From Flaccisagitta enflata (lineage: Eukaryota), in assembly GCA_965153355.1 (NCBI GenBank), contig OZ231126.1, positions 38,502,001-38,566,000 of the forward strand: DNA of 64,000 nt, in the 5' to 3' direction. The translations under genes and the position numbers were made by a program. Under the pieces are notes generated by a model that had not been told where the DNA came from, ran no database searches, and saw nothing but the letters and a program-made list of their open reading frames with translations. Of the stretch, positions 28,741 through 64,000 are shown piece after piece; the stretch's first letter is position 1, and each line of letters starts with the position of its first letter.

Positions 28741-29517
28741 GTTTTGGAAAGAGGAGAGAAGGTTAGACAGAAAGGAAAATGTTAGACAGAAAGGAAAATG
28801 TTTACAGACAGACCGAGGGAAAGTTATTTTGAGCAGCGGCTCCGAAGGGACCGATGACTTATGCTTTCACATAAGGGAAAATTCCTCCTCCTTTTTAGTT
28901 GCGGACACGCAACTCTTTAAGAGGCTTTGTCCGTCCGTCCGTCCGTCCGTCCGTCCGTTGGTCCGTAATGATCGAGTCGAAAAGTGGGAAAACGCGCATT
29001 TCCGCCCTAGCCCACCCGTCCACAACTGGTGGCCGTATATCCGGCCTTGTTGTTCTACATCCCCCTCTCCATGACCTCGAGCGGTAATTTTGTCTCGTGT
29101 GCGTTTGTTTTCTTGAAATTACAAATTACAAATACAAATTTTCAAATATTTTTTAGTGAATATTCTTAGTTTCATTTGGTCTTTTGTCCTCTTTTGAATG
29201 CAAATTTTGCAGTAAAGTATAAAGAATGAATTGTTTTATGTAATTTTTCATTCTCAATCTCATAAAATTTTCTATTTTGACCTTTGTTGACACACTAAAC
29301 GTGCACGCGACTGGGGTAGCCGTGTATCCAACCATAGTCTCTTCCAAATGGCACCCACCAGAAGTTTCCACGAATTTTTTTTCAAATTATGATCTTTTTT
29401 TAATCTTTTTTTTAGATTTTACAATTTTCTTTTGTTTTTTTTTTTTTTTTTTGTTTTTGTGTGTTTATTTTATTCATTTTGTTTATTTTGTTTTTTGAGT
29501 TTTTTTTTTGTTTTTGT

Positions 29518-29552
<35 letters not shown>

Positions 29553-31431
29553 TTTGTTTGTTTTTTTTTCATTCTTAGGAGATGAGTCAATTGAGATACA
29601 TTTGACTTAATTAAGTATTGATTTATTTGCTCCATGTGCATGGAGTGAATTGGAAGGTTCAAGTGAACTGCATATTGGCGCATACAGCCAGAAGTTTCCA
29701 AAATCTGGTAGAAAATCAGCTAAAGAGTGATACATTTGAATGATTGATTTGAAAATCACACTCTTTATCATTTTTTTTGGAACAAGTATGAAGAAAACAG
29801 ATATCTTTTCCAAAACCATTAAAATTGAGTTTTTGGTCTTGTAGATATCTGACTGTCTGCATATACTCTGAGTCGTGAGACTCTGGTCTATACCTTGGTC
29901 AAGTGGAGACTTTGTCATTTGTTATAAAGTTTCAGAATTATTTTCTTTAGGTGGCTTTCATTTGAATATATCTTTTCTAGAGGAAAACAAATGAACACTG
30001 TCAGAGATCAGCATATTTACCAGTTCCAATCTATTCAAATTACTGTTACTATTTTATTGCTTTCGCAATGTTGTCGATTACTGATTTTTTTTGCCATGCT
30101 TTCCTATCTTATTTTCAGAAAAAATCTATTCATTTTATTTGTCTTTATCTATTTGTTGTTATCTTTAGTCTGTTTTATAGAACCAGTTCGAACAATTATC
30201 AACAATTTTACATCACAATTATGAATCTAAAATCAGTAATTTATTTGAACTATTTAATAAACAAATGATAAATGATATATACCAATGATTACTTAGTTTT
30301 GTATTATAATTAAGGCCCTAAGATATTCTGAGATGCAACTTTGCAATTGTTACCGAGGGACTGCAGTTTGTTCAGGACTTCTTAAACAAGTAAACTATAA
30401 CACCTATGTTTCTGATTCTTTGTATACAGTTAAACCTCGCTATACTGGATTCAAGAGTTATGGAAATCCGCTCACAAGGAATATAGAATGTTTCTTTGTC
30501 ATATTATTTAATTTCTTACATTGTCAAAAATACAGGGTCCAACTGTCATTACCATTATAACTTTAAAAATCTTTTTTTTTCCAAATATCAAAACGCAAAA
30601 AATTGATATGCATTTCTGTATAGGTGTACAACTTATCCTCTGTTCATATGGATTAAAAGGAACTGATATTGTTGAGTAGTAATGTTGTCCAACTTTCATA
30701 TATTTCTTTTTCTTTTTGCAAACCTCAGTGGTTAAAATACCAAATGAGGAAATCACATTGATGGGACTAGATATTTTTGTTAATCATGAGCGGATATCCG
30801 TTGCTGCCGGGTGCGTATGGGTGGTAAAAACGGAGGCGCAAACCTTGCCTACCATTTTTTTCTTTTCTTGTTTCTCTCAATTGATATTCGTATTCAAACA
30901 TTCAAAGATATGAAAATTTGAATTGCTCTTTTGTTCGATTCAATTCCTAATTCTTAAAACGTCTATCTAAAACAGATGCATTAGTATCATGGAAACACCA
31001 GACCAGGTGCGCCCGGCCTGAGCTCAGGTATGTAGACAAAAGGCGATTCCTGATTTTTCCCGAATTTGCGCAGAATGGATCGCGTGCGCAAAAGAGAATA
31101 AAGATAACGATCAACAACCAGAATTTTGACATGGCACAGAATCAGAAGAAAAAGCGAGTTGGTTTCGTGTTGAACTGAGTCAGGATGATTATTTCATGTG
31201 TTTTGAATAAAAGCTTTCCAAAACAAAAATTTCCCTCGATTTGTCATCTCTCCAGATCTCTCCGTGAAACTTATTTTAAAAACAATTTGCAACTGTCATT
31301 GCATTCCACATACCCGCCATACCGCATGCAAGCTAACGATATGTATCCCAGTAGTAATTTCGAACTTCCATAGTTTTATAGCTAAATAAGTTTTGTTTTC
31401 AATTGGCAATTACGTATTTTTCATCTGAAAA

Positions 31432-31596
31432 ATGGATAACGGCGGTTTCGAGCCGCTGCAGGCGGTAAAGACCGAGTCCACGGCCTCGGTCATTCTTCAG
31501 ACGCAAACGAATCTCACCGCTTCCGCCGCCGCGGCGCCAACCAAAAGCGGCATATCCAGCAGAATTAATACGGCCAAATTCAAACCAGCTTTCCAG
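31432..31596 (+). other. Candidate first coding exon (MDNGGFEPLQAVKTESTAS...KFKPAFQ) with no identifiable downstream exons
   Basis: AAAATGG start, GC-rich open frame, ends in a CAG|GTATT donor. Confidence 0.3.
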
Positions 31597-32074
31597 GTAT
31601 TCCAGGTATTTTTCAATTAGATTTAACCTTCGCTGAATTGACTATCCCTGTCAATGCCAGAAGTCAGCATTAACATTTATCCCCTAACCTAATAGCTATA
31701 ATGAAAAATCATAATTGTTTGAGAGTTAAGACAAAAGTCTTGTTTTCTGCATAAAAATTACTTATCCAAAGGTTTTGAATTTCAGTAACCGCTAAATTTA
31801 GGTCGTACCTAAAATTGGATATGTAAGTATATGAGTGGAAGCATATACTATACAGAAATGAGTAGCTTTTGAATGTTTTATTTTACTTTTATATGTTAAG
31901 TTTATTTTTCAAAAACGTTTTCCTAAAGTTTTTTGTAAGATACTTTTTGATGCACATTTCATATATATGGAAATGATAGTCATGGCAAAACAGTTGGCAG
32001 CCTACGTAAAATAACCTGTCTTGAAAAAAAAACAGAAACAAAATATTAAAGTGAAAAAGAAAACTGCACACTTT

Positions 32075-33049
32075 GCCAACCTGTGGCGTTATCTGACAGA
32101 AAATTGATTTGATTCATATAACAACATTAACAATAACAAAGATAATGACAACAACGACAACGGAAAGGACGATAACAGCGACAAAGGCGATGATGGCGAT
32201 GAAGGCGATGATGGCGACGATGGCGACAATGGCAATGATAGCGATGATGGCGACGATGGCGATGATGGCGACACTGGCGATGATAGCGACGATGGCGACA
32301 ATAGCGACGATGGCGACGATGTAGCCATCGTCGCCATTGTCGCCATCGTCGCCATCATTACCATCATTGGCATCATTGCCATCATTGCCATCGTCGCTAT
32401 CGTCGCCAACATCGCCATCATCGCCATCATCGCCATTGTGGCCATCATCGCCATCATCGCCATTATCGCCATCATCGCCGTCATCGCCGTCATCGCCTTC
32501 ATCGCCAATATCACCACCATAGCCTCCATCTGCCACAATATGCCACCATAACCTCCATTGCCTCCATTGCCACCATCGCCACCATCGCCACCATCGCCAC
32601 CATCGCCACCATCGCCTCCATAGCCTCCATCTGCCACCATAACCTCCATCGCCTACATCTGCAACCATCGCCACTATCGCCATCATCGACTCCATCGCCA
32701 CCATCTGCTACCATGGCCACCAATCTGCCACCATCAGCCACCATCAGCCACCATCGCCATCATCGCCTCCATTGCGACCATCGCCTTCAACTGCCACTGC
32801 CATAAACATATTTGACAAGATTCTTTTCTTGTATGAAAAAAACTTTAATCATTTTGATTACAAAGATTGAGACAGCGAAGGACTCTTAGACTACTATCAG
32901 AATACTCTCAGACTACTCTCAGACTACTCTCAGACTGCTCTCAGACTACTCTCAGACTTCTCTCAGACTATTCTCAGACTACTCTCAGACTACTCTCAGA
33001 TTACTAACAGATTACATGCAAATACCCTCAGACTACGCCACAGGTTGGC
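32075..33049. mobile_element. TIR element carrying an inverted GGCGAT/ATCGCC low-complexity array and a 12-bp satellite
   Basis: GCCAACCTGTGGCGT.ATCTGA at 32075 is mirrored by TCAGACTACGCCACAGGTTGGC ending at 33049. The array switches strand near 32322; (ACTCTCAGACT)-type repeats occupy 32880-33000. Confidence 0.7.
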
Positions 33050-34196
33050 CATGAGTCGAAAACTGGCTCGCGTTGTAAGCAAGAAAAGCGCCTTTAATCT
33101 TGAGAATATTGGTTCATGAAAAAGTGAAAACGGAAAACAAAAACAAAAATCACGAATCAGTGCCACAATGAAAACAATCAAATACAAAGAGTTTAACGGA
33201 AAGGACAACCACGTTTTTTCTGCTTTTAGCTGATGTTACGTTATGCCGCGAATATCATTGTAATAAGCAACCTGTTACCTACTAACATACAAGCTCATAA
33301 ATCATAACATGTCTCGCCGGTTCAATATTTCGTCCGTCACACCTTACTTTTTTTGGGTTTTTTGGGGGTCTTTGGCCTCACTGCTCCTGCACAAACGATG
33401 AAGTGATCTCAATTATGGCCCCTGCCCAAGCTTACAGCAAGCGTCCTCTATCATTTTTAAGCGAATGTTGGATGTAAGGATCTCTGACGACTGACTTACA
33501 GCCTATGGACGTTCAGACACACAACGCTTTGCATGAAAAGAATAAGAAAAATTTAACTACACACTGTTATAATCTACACCACAGAGCAATAGAAAGTTTA
33601 TAAAAACGCTATGTTTATTGTTTATCAATATCATCATTGCAATATGGTTACATGAACAATGTTAAATTTCTTGATCTTATGGGTTTCAGTTGCATGGAGA
33701 AAAATCATCAATACATCGTATCGGTTCCATCGGTAGTTTGGTCTATCAGTCAGTTAAAAAATTATTTTTAGTTGGGGACACGCAACTCTATAAGTGGCTT
33801 TGTCCATCCGTCGGTCCGCTGGTCCGTTTGTTGGTCTGTATGTCACGCAAAAAACGCACATTTAACGATTTGTGATGTTGTTACCGAGTGTGTGTGTGGG
33901 TGTGAGGGGGGTTGAGTGGTAGGGTTGGGGTGAAGCTGGGAGTTAGATGCTCCTACCCACCCGTCCGCAACGATATTGTGACCCCGCGTCACTTGTTTTT
34001 TACTGCTTTCATGTCCATCCGTCCGTTGTTGGGTCTATCACACTGGAGTTGAATTTGAAAAGTGTGGACACGGGCATATTGTTCCCTAATACCCTGTCCC
34101 ATACATCTGCATTTACATCTATCATGTAACGTAAGAATAAAAAATTGTTGTTTTATTGCTCCATGGCATACGTACACACCAGCACGATTATTATTA

Positions 34197-43539
<9,343 letters not shown>

Positions 43540-44063
43540 TCATTTATTCAAATAAAAATTTACAGAAAAATACTTTTTTTTCTTCTCGCGCGTGAGGAAA
43601 GGCCGCTCGAGTCAGTAAAAGAGCTAAGAGACGATTCAGAAAAAGGTTCTTTTTAGCCGTTATTTTATAAAATTTTGTAAATTCAAAAGTTGCGGGTTTG
43701 AAGTTCAATGAATTGAGAATGGCAACACCTGTTCTCCGTCCAGTCTCTAAGGGATTATGAATATACACATTTCTTGTCTATAAACTGACATTAATGAGTG
43801 TTTTTACGCTATCTGCCATGCCATCAATATTCGAAGAGCCATATTGAGGAAACTCCTCGCTTTGTCTGTATGATTGTCAGCCAGTGTCTGTCTTGGCTGT
43901 CTCCTTGTTGTGCTGCGCTGTCTCCCTAATGTGTGGTGCTGTGTTAGTTAATAGTTTGTCTGTCTGTCCGTCTGTCCGTCTTTCCGGCTGAATCTATGAA
44001 AGTCTCTCATCAGTCAGTCTGTCGGTCTGTCTGTCTGGCTGTCTTTCTGCTTCAGCCTATTTG

Positions 44064-44143
<80 letters not shown>

Positions 44144-44582
44144 GAGACAAGAAAACTGCCGGTAAGAGTCTCTTGTTCAGACATTTCTTGAAGAACGAAA
44201 GCTTTTTAACGGATGGGCCAGGATGTGTCTTAGTGAATATAGAGAGACTTTTTCTTTTCCTTTTTTTTTCTCTTTTTTGTTTATTTCTTTTTTAACGTTC
44301 ATCAATATTTTTCATACTCGCGTCCAGTAAAGATGCTTTGATGATTTCTTTTCACTCGGAAGCTCGAACACTCAAAGTAAAAACCTCCTTTAGAAACGTC
44401 CTCGCATCCTGACAACCGAGCATGTCCCTCAGTTGTCGTTTGGTTGGTCTATCTGTAGTGATAGAATTAAAAAAAAAAAAAAGAAGCCTATCCGCCGCTA
44501 CCCTGCCAACCCCCATCCTTGTTCGCAAAGATCATTTAACCCCCCCCTCCTGTAACTTGTTTCTGAAAATAAAAAGGCCAAG

Positions 44583-45670
44583 TCGGCCAGGAATCTCGAT
44601 GGAGAAAATCTCAGTTTTAAGGGTTATGAAAAAAAAAAATGGACCCATCCCAGATTTTTGCACAGGGGACCTAAAAAGGCTGTAGAACAAGATTCTGATG
44701 TTCATTTTGACCTAACTTGAGCAAAAAAAAAAAAAGAAACGGGTTTTAGTGCAAAAAACAGCTATTTTTCCTAAAAAAATGGCATTAAATGAAATATTTT
44801 GGCCCTTTTTTTTGCAGAAACATAAAGTACCAATAGTAATTGATATTTGAGTGAATGTAGAACAATTTTTAATAGGTCTATGAGGTTCAAAAATAGCATT
44901 AAAATGCTCAAAAATGAAGAAATGACCTAAGAATTAAAAAATCGTCAAAACTGATGATTTGGAACAGTTTCTTAGGGAAAAATATGCTGTCAGTATGAAT
45001 TTCATCGATTTACTTAAAAAAACATGGCCGTGATAAGCGAAAAACGCAAAACCGCAATATGCAAATGAGATCAAAGTGCGATTTTTGCAAAAAATGGCAA
45101 AACATGTTTTTTCTTTTTATAGAAGCTAAACACAATAAAATATTGAGTACTTACCTTTCCAAAGCCATTTTTTGCAAAAACCGCACTTTGACCTTATTTG
45201 CATATTGCGGTTTTGCGTTTTTTGCTTATCACGGCTATGTTTTTTTAAGTAAATCGATGAAATTCATACTGACAGCATATCTTACCCTAAGAAACTGTTC
45301 CAGAACATCAGTTTTGACGATTTTTTAATTTTTAGGTCATTTCTTCATTTTTGAGCATTTTAATGCTATTTTTGAACTTCATAGACCGATTCAAAATTGT
45401 TCTAGAGTCACTCAAATATCAATTACTATTGGGACTTTATGTTTCTGTAAAACAAAAGTCAAAAAAATTTCATTTAATACTATTTTTTTAGGAAAAAAAG
45501 CCGTTTTTTGCAATAAAAACCGTTTCTTTTTTTTTTTGGCTCAAGTCAGGTCAAAATGAACATCAGAATCTTGTTCTACAGCCTTTTTAGGTCCCCTGTG
45601 CAAAAATCTGGGATGGGTCAATTTTTTTTTTTTTTTTTTAAGAATTTTGCAAGTGAGACTTCTGGCCGAA
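44583..45670. mobile_element. ~1.1-kb palindromic MITE between PGGHG and TRPM
   Basis: 44640-45100 is the reverse complement of 45165-45620 (GACCCATCCCAGATTTTTGCACAGGGGACC...). Confidence 0.85.
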
Positions 45671-46212
45671 GTAAAGTCTTACAGAAAGATAACATTGAAA
45701 ACCCTCAAAAAACGACCAAACTACAGACAAGTCATCCTGAATAGGAAAGAACGAACGGTTGGCCTTCTTCTCCTTACGAGTTTGGGAGGGCCAAGTAGCC
45801 AGGCCAAATCGTATTGTCTCGAATTTGTGAAAGTGACCCGAATTTTCACATCATTTAAATAGACTTCAATTTAACAAGAAAAATAGTGGCAAAAGCGTTA
45901 GATGGTCAGCGGTACCCGTGCCCTGCTTAAGTAGGTTATGATTGTAGTTGAGGGATTGAGCAGGACAGTGGCCTCAAAGGAGTCACTGACCTATGCTTTC
46001 ACGTATGGGGAAATTTCTTTTCCTCCTCCTCCTCCTCTGTAACCCCCCCCCCCCCACCTCCAGGCCCATATCTTAGCCTCGAAGCCAAGAGCCTCAAAAT
46101 GTTGAGGTTCAAATCCCAGTCTTATGACCTAAATCCCGTGAAGATTGGAATTTCGGCCTCAGAGATGGCATTTTGGCCTCAAGACTGGGATTTGGGCCTC
46201 AATGATTATAAG

Positions 46213-47045
46213 TAGAGGTCGACCGAAGGTAGGTTAACCGAAGCCGAACCGAAGCCGAAGTTGACATTAACTAGATTACCGAAACCAAAACCGAAGGTTA
46301 TCGAATTCAGAAACCGAAGTTTGAAGTTACTTCTATTCTTCACTCAAGGAAAGTAAAAAAAAAATTATAAAAAAATTAAAGATTCATTTAAATTGTTTTT
46401 GTTTTTTTGTCTTCTATTTTTTTGTTTCTTTCATTTTCTACCTAACTTCTATTCTTTTAGTTTGTTTAAAAAAAAGTTATACATACAAGATCAAAATTGG
46501 ATAGCAACTTTGACTTTGGTTCCAAGGTAGAGGAAGTGCTCCATCTAATAGGTCAGTACCAATGTTAACCTTTAGTCAATACCTATTGCGAGGCATATCT
46601 TTTAATGCTCTCCATTAGTCTGTCTGGCTGTGTACTTGTCTGTCTTCTTGCATACTTGTTTATCTTGCCTCAATCTAAATATTTCTTTTTTTTTGGCAAA
46701 ATTTTTTTTATTCTTTAACTTTCTATGTCTTTATTTCTTTGTTTAATTTTTGAGGTCACTAGACCATTAGGGCAGGAGCAGTAGGGTCAAAGAAATAAGA
46801 TCATAAAAAAATGTAAAATGTGACCAACTGACCGACCAACCAACTAACCAACCAACCAACCAACCAATGGACATAGCAGGTTGTAAAGTCACATGATAGC
46901 GACTAAAAACAGTGGTCCTTATGTTTTTTTTATAAATGACTTTTATATTGTTATCATCTCTCTCTGTCTTTTTTATTCTCTCATTGTTTTTTTTTCTTTC
47001 ACTTTCTTTTTTTCTTCTTTTTTTCTTCTCTCTCTTTTTTCTGTT

Positions 47046-47116
<71 letters not shown>

Positions 47117-47260
47117 TAAATTCAATTTTGAACCTTCTACCTACTACATACTGATATTTCTACTATCTACTGGCACTTTCAAAACCGAAGCCGAACCGGA
47201 GGCCAAAGGTGGGTGAGGTTCAGTAGGTCAGTACCGAACCGAACCTTCGGTCGACCTCTA
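46213..47260. mobile_element. Non-autonomous hAT-like element with 8-bp TSD
   Basis: ATTATAAG|TAGAGGTCGACCGAAGG ... CCTTCGGTCGACCTCTA|ATTATAAG, with subterminal (A)CCGAA repeats. Confidence 0.9.
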
Positions 47261-47559
47261 ATTATAAGTACCCCCAAGGGTACCCATGGACTTGAGGCCC
47301 CTGCCTCTGACCCTGTCCATGGACATAGACTTGTGTTTCGATGGTGAATTAGCCATGTGCTTTTATATGTGATAAAAAGACATTAATTAACATTGGAGTC
47401 AATTAACTGCTGCCCTAATGCCTCGAGGCTAAGATATGGACCTGGATGTTGGGGGAGGTAAATAAGAAGAAAAATTTCCCCATTTGTGAAAGCATAGGTC
47501 ATCAACCCCTTTAGGGCCGCTGCCCAAAAAGGAAGAGAGAGAGAGAAACTAGAAAGAGA

Positions 47560-47660
<101 letters not shown>

Positions 47661-47666
47661 AGAGAA

Positions 47667-47766
<100 letters not shown>

Positions 47767-48419
47767 GGGGGAGGCGAGACAAAAGATGGATAGACATTTA
47801 GACGGCAACGATCGACAGTAATCTTCAAGACAGAAATTGATTGCGTTCAGGGATGAACAGCTTTGTACAATGTACATATCCTGTGTGTCCGAAGGATTGC
47901 GTTGGCGGGGGTGAGGCAAATTGACAGTCATTTTCTACGTTAAAAGTTATAACTACATGGACGAGCTCGCGGTGACTTCTGGTGGCATCCTGCTTCACAT
48001 GTCAAAATACTGTAAAAGCATGCATGACAGTGTAAAAGAGTGGCCATGAATGGCCAAAAATTTCCAACCGATTTTCAATCTTGTTTGTGAATCTAATCAA
48101 ATTATCATAAATGCTGAGCAGTTTGTTGAAAGATGAAGACCGATCGGAAATGAGACAAAATTGCTTCAGCAAATAACCTCGAATTTTTGGTGTGAATGTA
48201 GAACTACGTTCCTATTGCCCTTTTTGCACAAATTTTGAAAGTGATATGACCACATTTTTGTTCTTCTGATTTGGATTTCCATGAAAAGTTTTACTTGAAA
48301 ATGTCAAAATACTGGGATGAGTCTTTAAAGATGTGCTTAAATTGTAACCCTTTGATACACACATATACTGATACAGGCACACAGACACACATGCATAAAA
48401 TCACACAAACACACACACA

Positions 48420-48613
<194 letters not shown>

Positions 48614-49001
48614 GAGTAGACTGCTCTGAAGAGGACGCTCCAACCCCAACCTTAGAAAAGCCGCCGCGTCGAGAATGTAAATTAGTCCTAATCAACCGCA
48701 TTGTGTCTTTTAATTAGTTTCCTTTAACAAATTAGGTCAGACCAGATGAGATCGTGATAGCTATCAGCCTAACTAAGAAAACAGGAATGCAAAAGAATCG
48801 ACTGAGCTTAAAACGAAAGGAAGTTTGCAAAACAAAACAAAAATTACATCGGCAGTAAAATTGTTTTCTTGTGGTACTCGCAGGTCACTTTGCACTTTGC
48901 AGAATACGGCTGAAAGGTTTTGACACAAACAAACTTCGGCCTTTGAGTAAAGAAATACGTTTATAATAAAGGCGCCTCTCCCCGTAAGAAAAAAGTCGTA
49001 A

Positions 49002-49080
<79 letters not shown>

Positions 49081-49179
49081 TTTCTCTCTCTTCTTTTTTT
49101 TTTTTTTTTTTTTGATGACTTGGACATCAATCTAGTTCGACTGCTATAGCATGCATTTTTTTTTCTTTTCGTAATACAG

Positions 49180-63026
<13,847 letters not shown>

Positions 63027-63269
63027 GTAAGTTTAATAAGAAATGTTAGTGCGATGAATTTTGTAGTTTTCAGTAGCGTGCACGCGACTCTATGTCCCGC
63101 GATGTCGGCCGATCGGTGACTCTTAGCTTTTTTGGTCGGTGACTATTAGCTTTTTAAAGTCATTTTAGGTCATTTTAAGCCATTTAAGGTCATCTAAAGT
63201 CGTTTAAAGTCATTATAAGTCATTAAAAGTCATTTAAAGTTGCTTGAGTCGGACCGTGACTCTTTGCTT

Positions 63270-63818
63270 TTTGGGCAGCGGCCCCAAAGGGCCGATGTCC
63301 TATAGGACACAGGGGTGAATTTCCAGATGTCCGTCCGTCCGTACGTCCGTACGTCCGTACGTACGTCCGACCGTCCCCCCCCCCCCCACCAAAGCCTCCG
63401 AGCCTCATGTTCCCATTGAATAACATGGAAAATTGAAGAAATGCAAAATTCCTATTGAATAACATGGAAAACTGATAAAGAAATGAAAAAAATATGAAAT
63501 TCCCATTGAATAACATTGAAAATCTAATAGAAGTTAAAAATATGGGAAATCCCTATTGAATAACATGGAAAATTGAAGATTGTCCATGTTTCCATGAAAA
63601 ATTCAGATTGAATAACATGGAAAATTGACAATGAAATGGAAAAAAATTCAGTGTTCTCATTGAATAACAAGGAAAGTAGCCCCAAAGGCCTCAAATGTGC
63701 CTTCTTAGGACGTCTGGAAATTCACCCCTGTGTCCTACAGGACATCGGCCCTTTGGGGCCGCTGCCCTGCTCTCACTCGACTTTTGCAGCTTATCACTCC
63801 AAGCCTTGGATGACTAGT
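63270..63818 (+). mobile_element. HINE/DINE-1-like family A copy with a different central repeat (ATTGAATAACATGGAAA)
   Basis: Termini nearly identical to 5434-6046, but the central array is AT-rich. Confidence 0.75.
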
Positions 63819-64000
63819 TTTAGTCATTTTAAGTCATTTAAAGCCATCTTAGGTCATTTAAAGTCATTCAAAGTCATTTAAAGTTGTTTGAGTCGGTCCG
63901 TAACTCTTAGCGTTTTTTGTTCATTTTAGGTCATTTCAATCCATATAAGTCATTTAAAGACATTTTTATTCATTTCTATTCATTTAAGTTATCTGGTGGG

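Noticed and set aside
32089-32744. Gly/Asp-rich or collagen-like ORFs
   Set aside because: Low-complexity repeat inside an inverted-repeat element; open in several frames on both strands, with no splice or domain support.
48884-48946. Candidate upstream TRPM exon
   Set aside because: Its only open frame ends in phase 1, which is incompatible with the phase-0 exon at 49180; it may be UTR or a chance match.
63410-63672. ATTGAATAACATGGAAA repeats with variable spacers (CRISPR-like look)
   Set aside because: The spacers are short, AT-rich and related to one another, and the array is the core of a HINE-like element.

Overview
Repeat-rich eukaryotic (animal, probably invertebrate) genomic DNA with GT-AG introns, many microsatellites and non-autonomous DNA transposons. 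Most ORFs in the supplied track are repeat translations. The first ~33 kb is mainly transposon-derived (a foldback element, MITEs, Helentron/DINE-1-like elements, minisatellites), with only isolated candidate exons. A multi-exon GH65 glycosidase (PGGHG/ATHL1-like) lies on the minus strand at ~34.2-43.5 kb. It is head-to-head with the N-terminal part of a TRPM cation channel gene on the plus strand (~49.2 kb to beyond the window end). Two TRPM introns contain other coding sequence: a 358-aa polyQ/coiled-coil ORF on the same strand, and an antisense multi-exon gene. The antisense gene joins a MYCBP/AMY-1-like (RIIa/Dpy-30-type docking) domain and a coiled coil to six Tau/MAP2/MAP4-type microtubule-binding repeats, largely encoded by tandem 93-nt exons. 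Five of the six repeats have Ala in place of the KxGS serine, and four have AGGG in place of PGGG. All gene models and homology calls were made by eye and from recalled family motifs; no database search was run.
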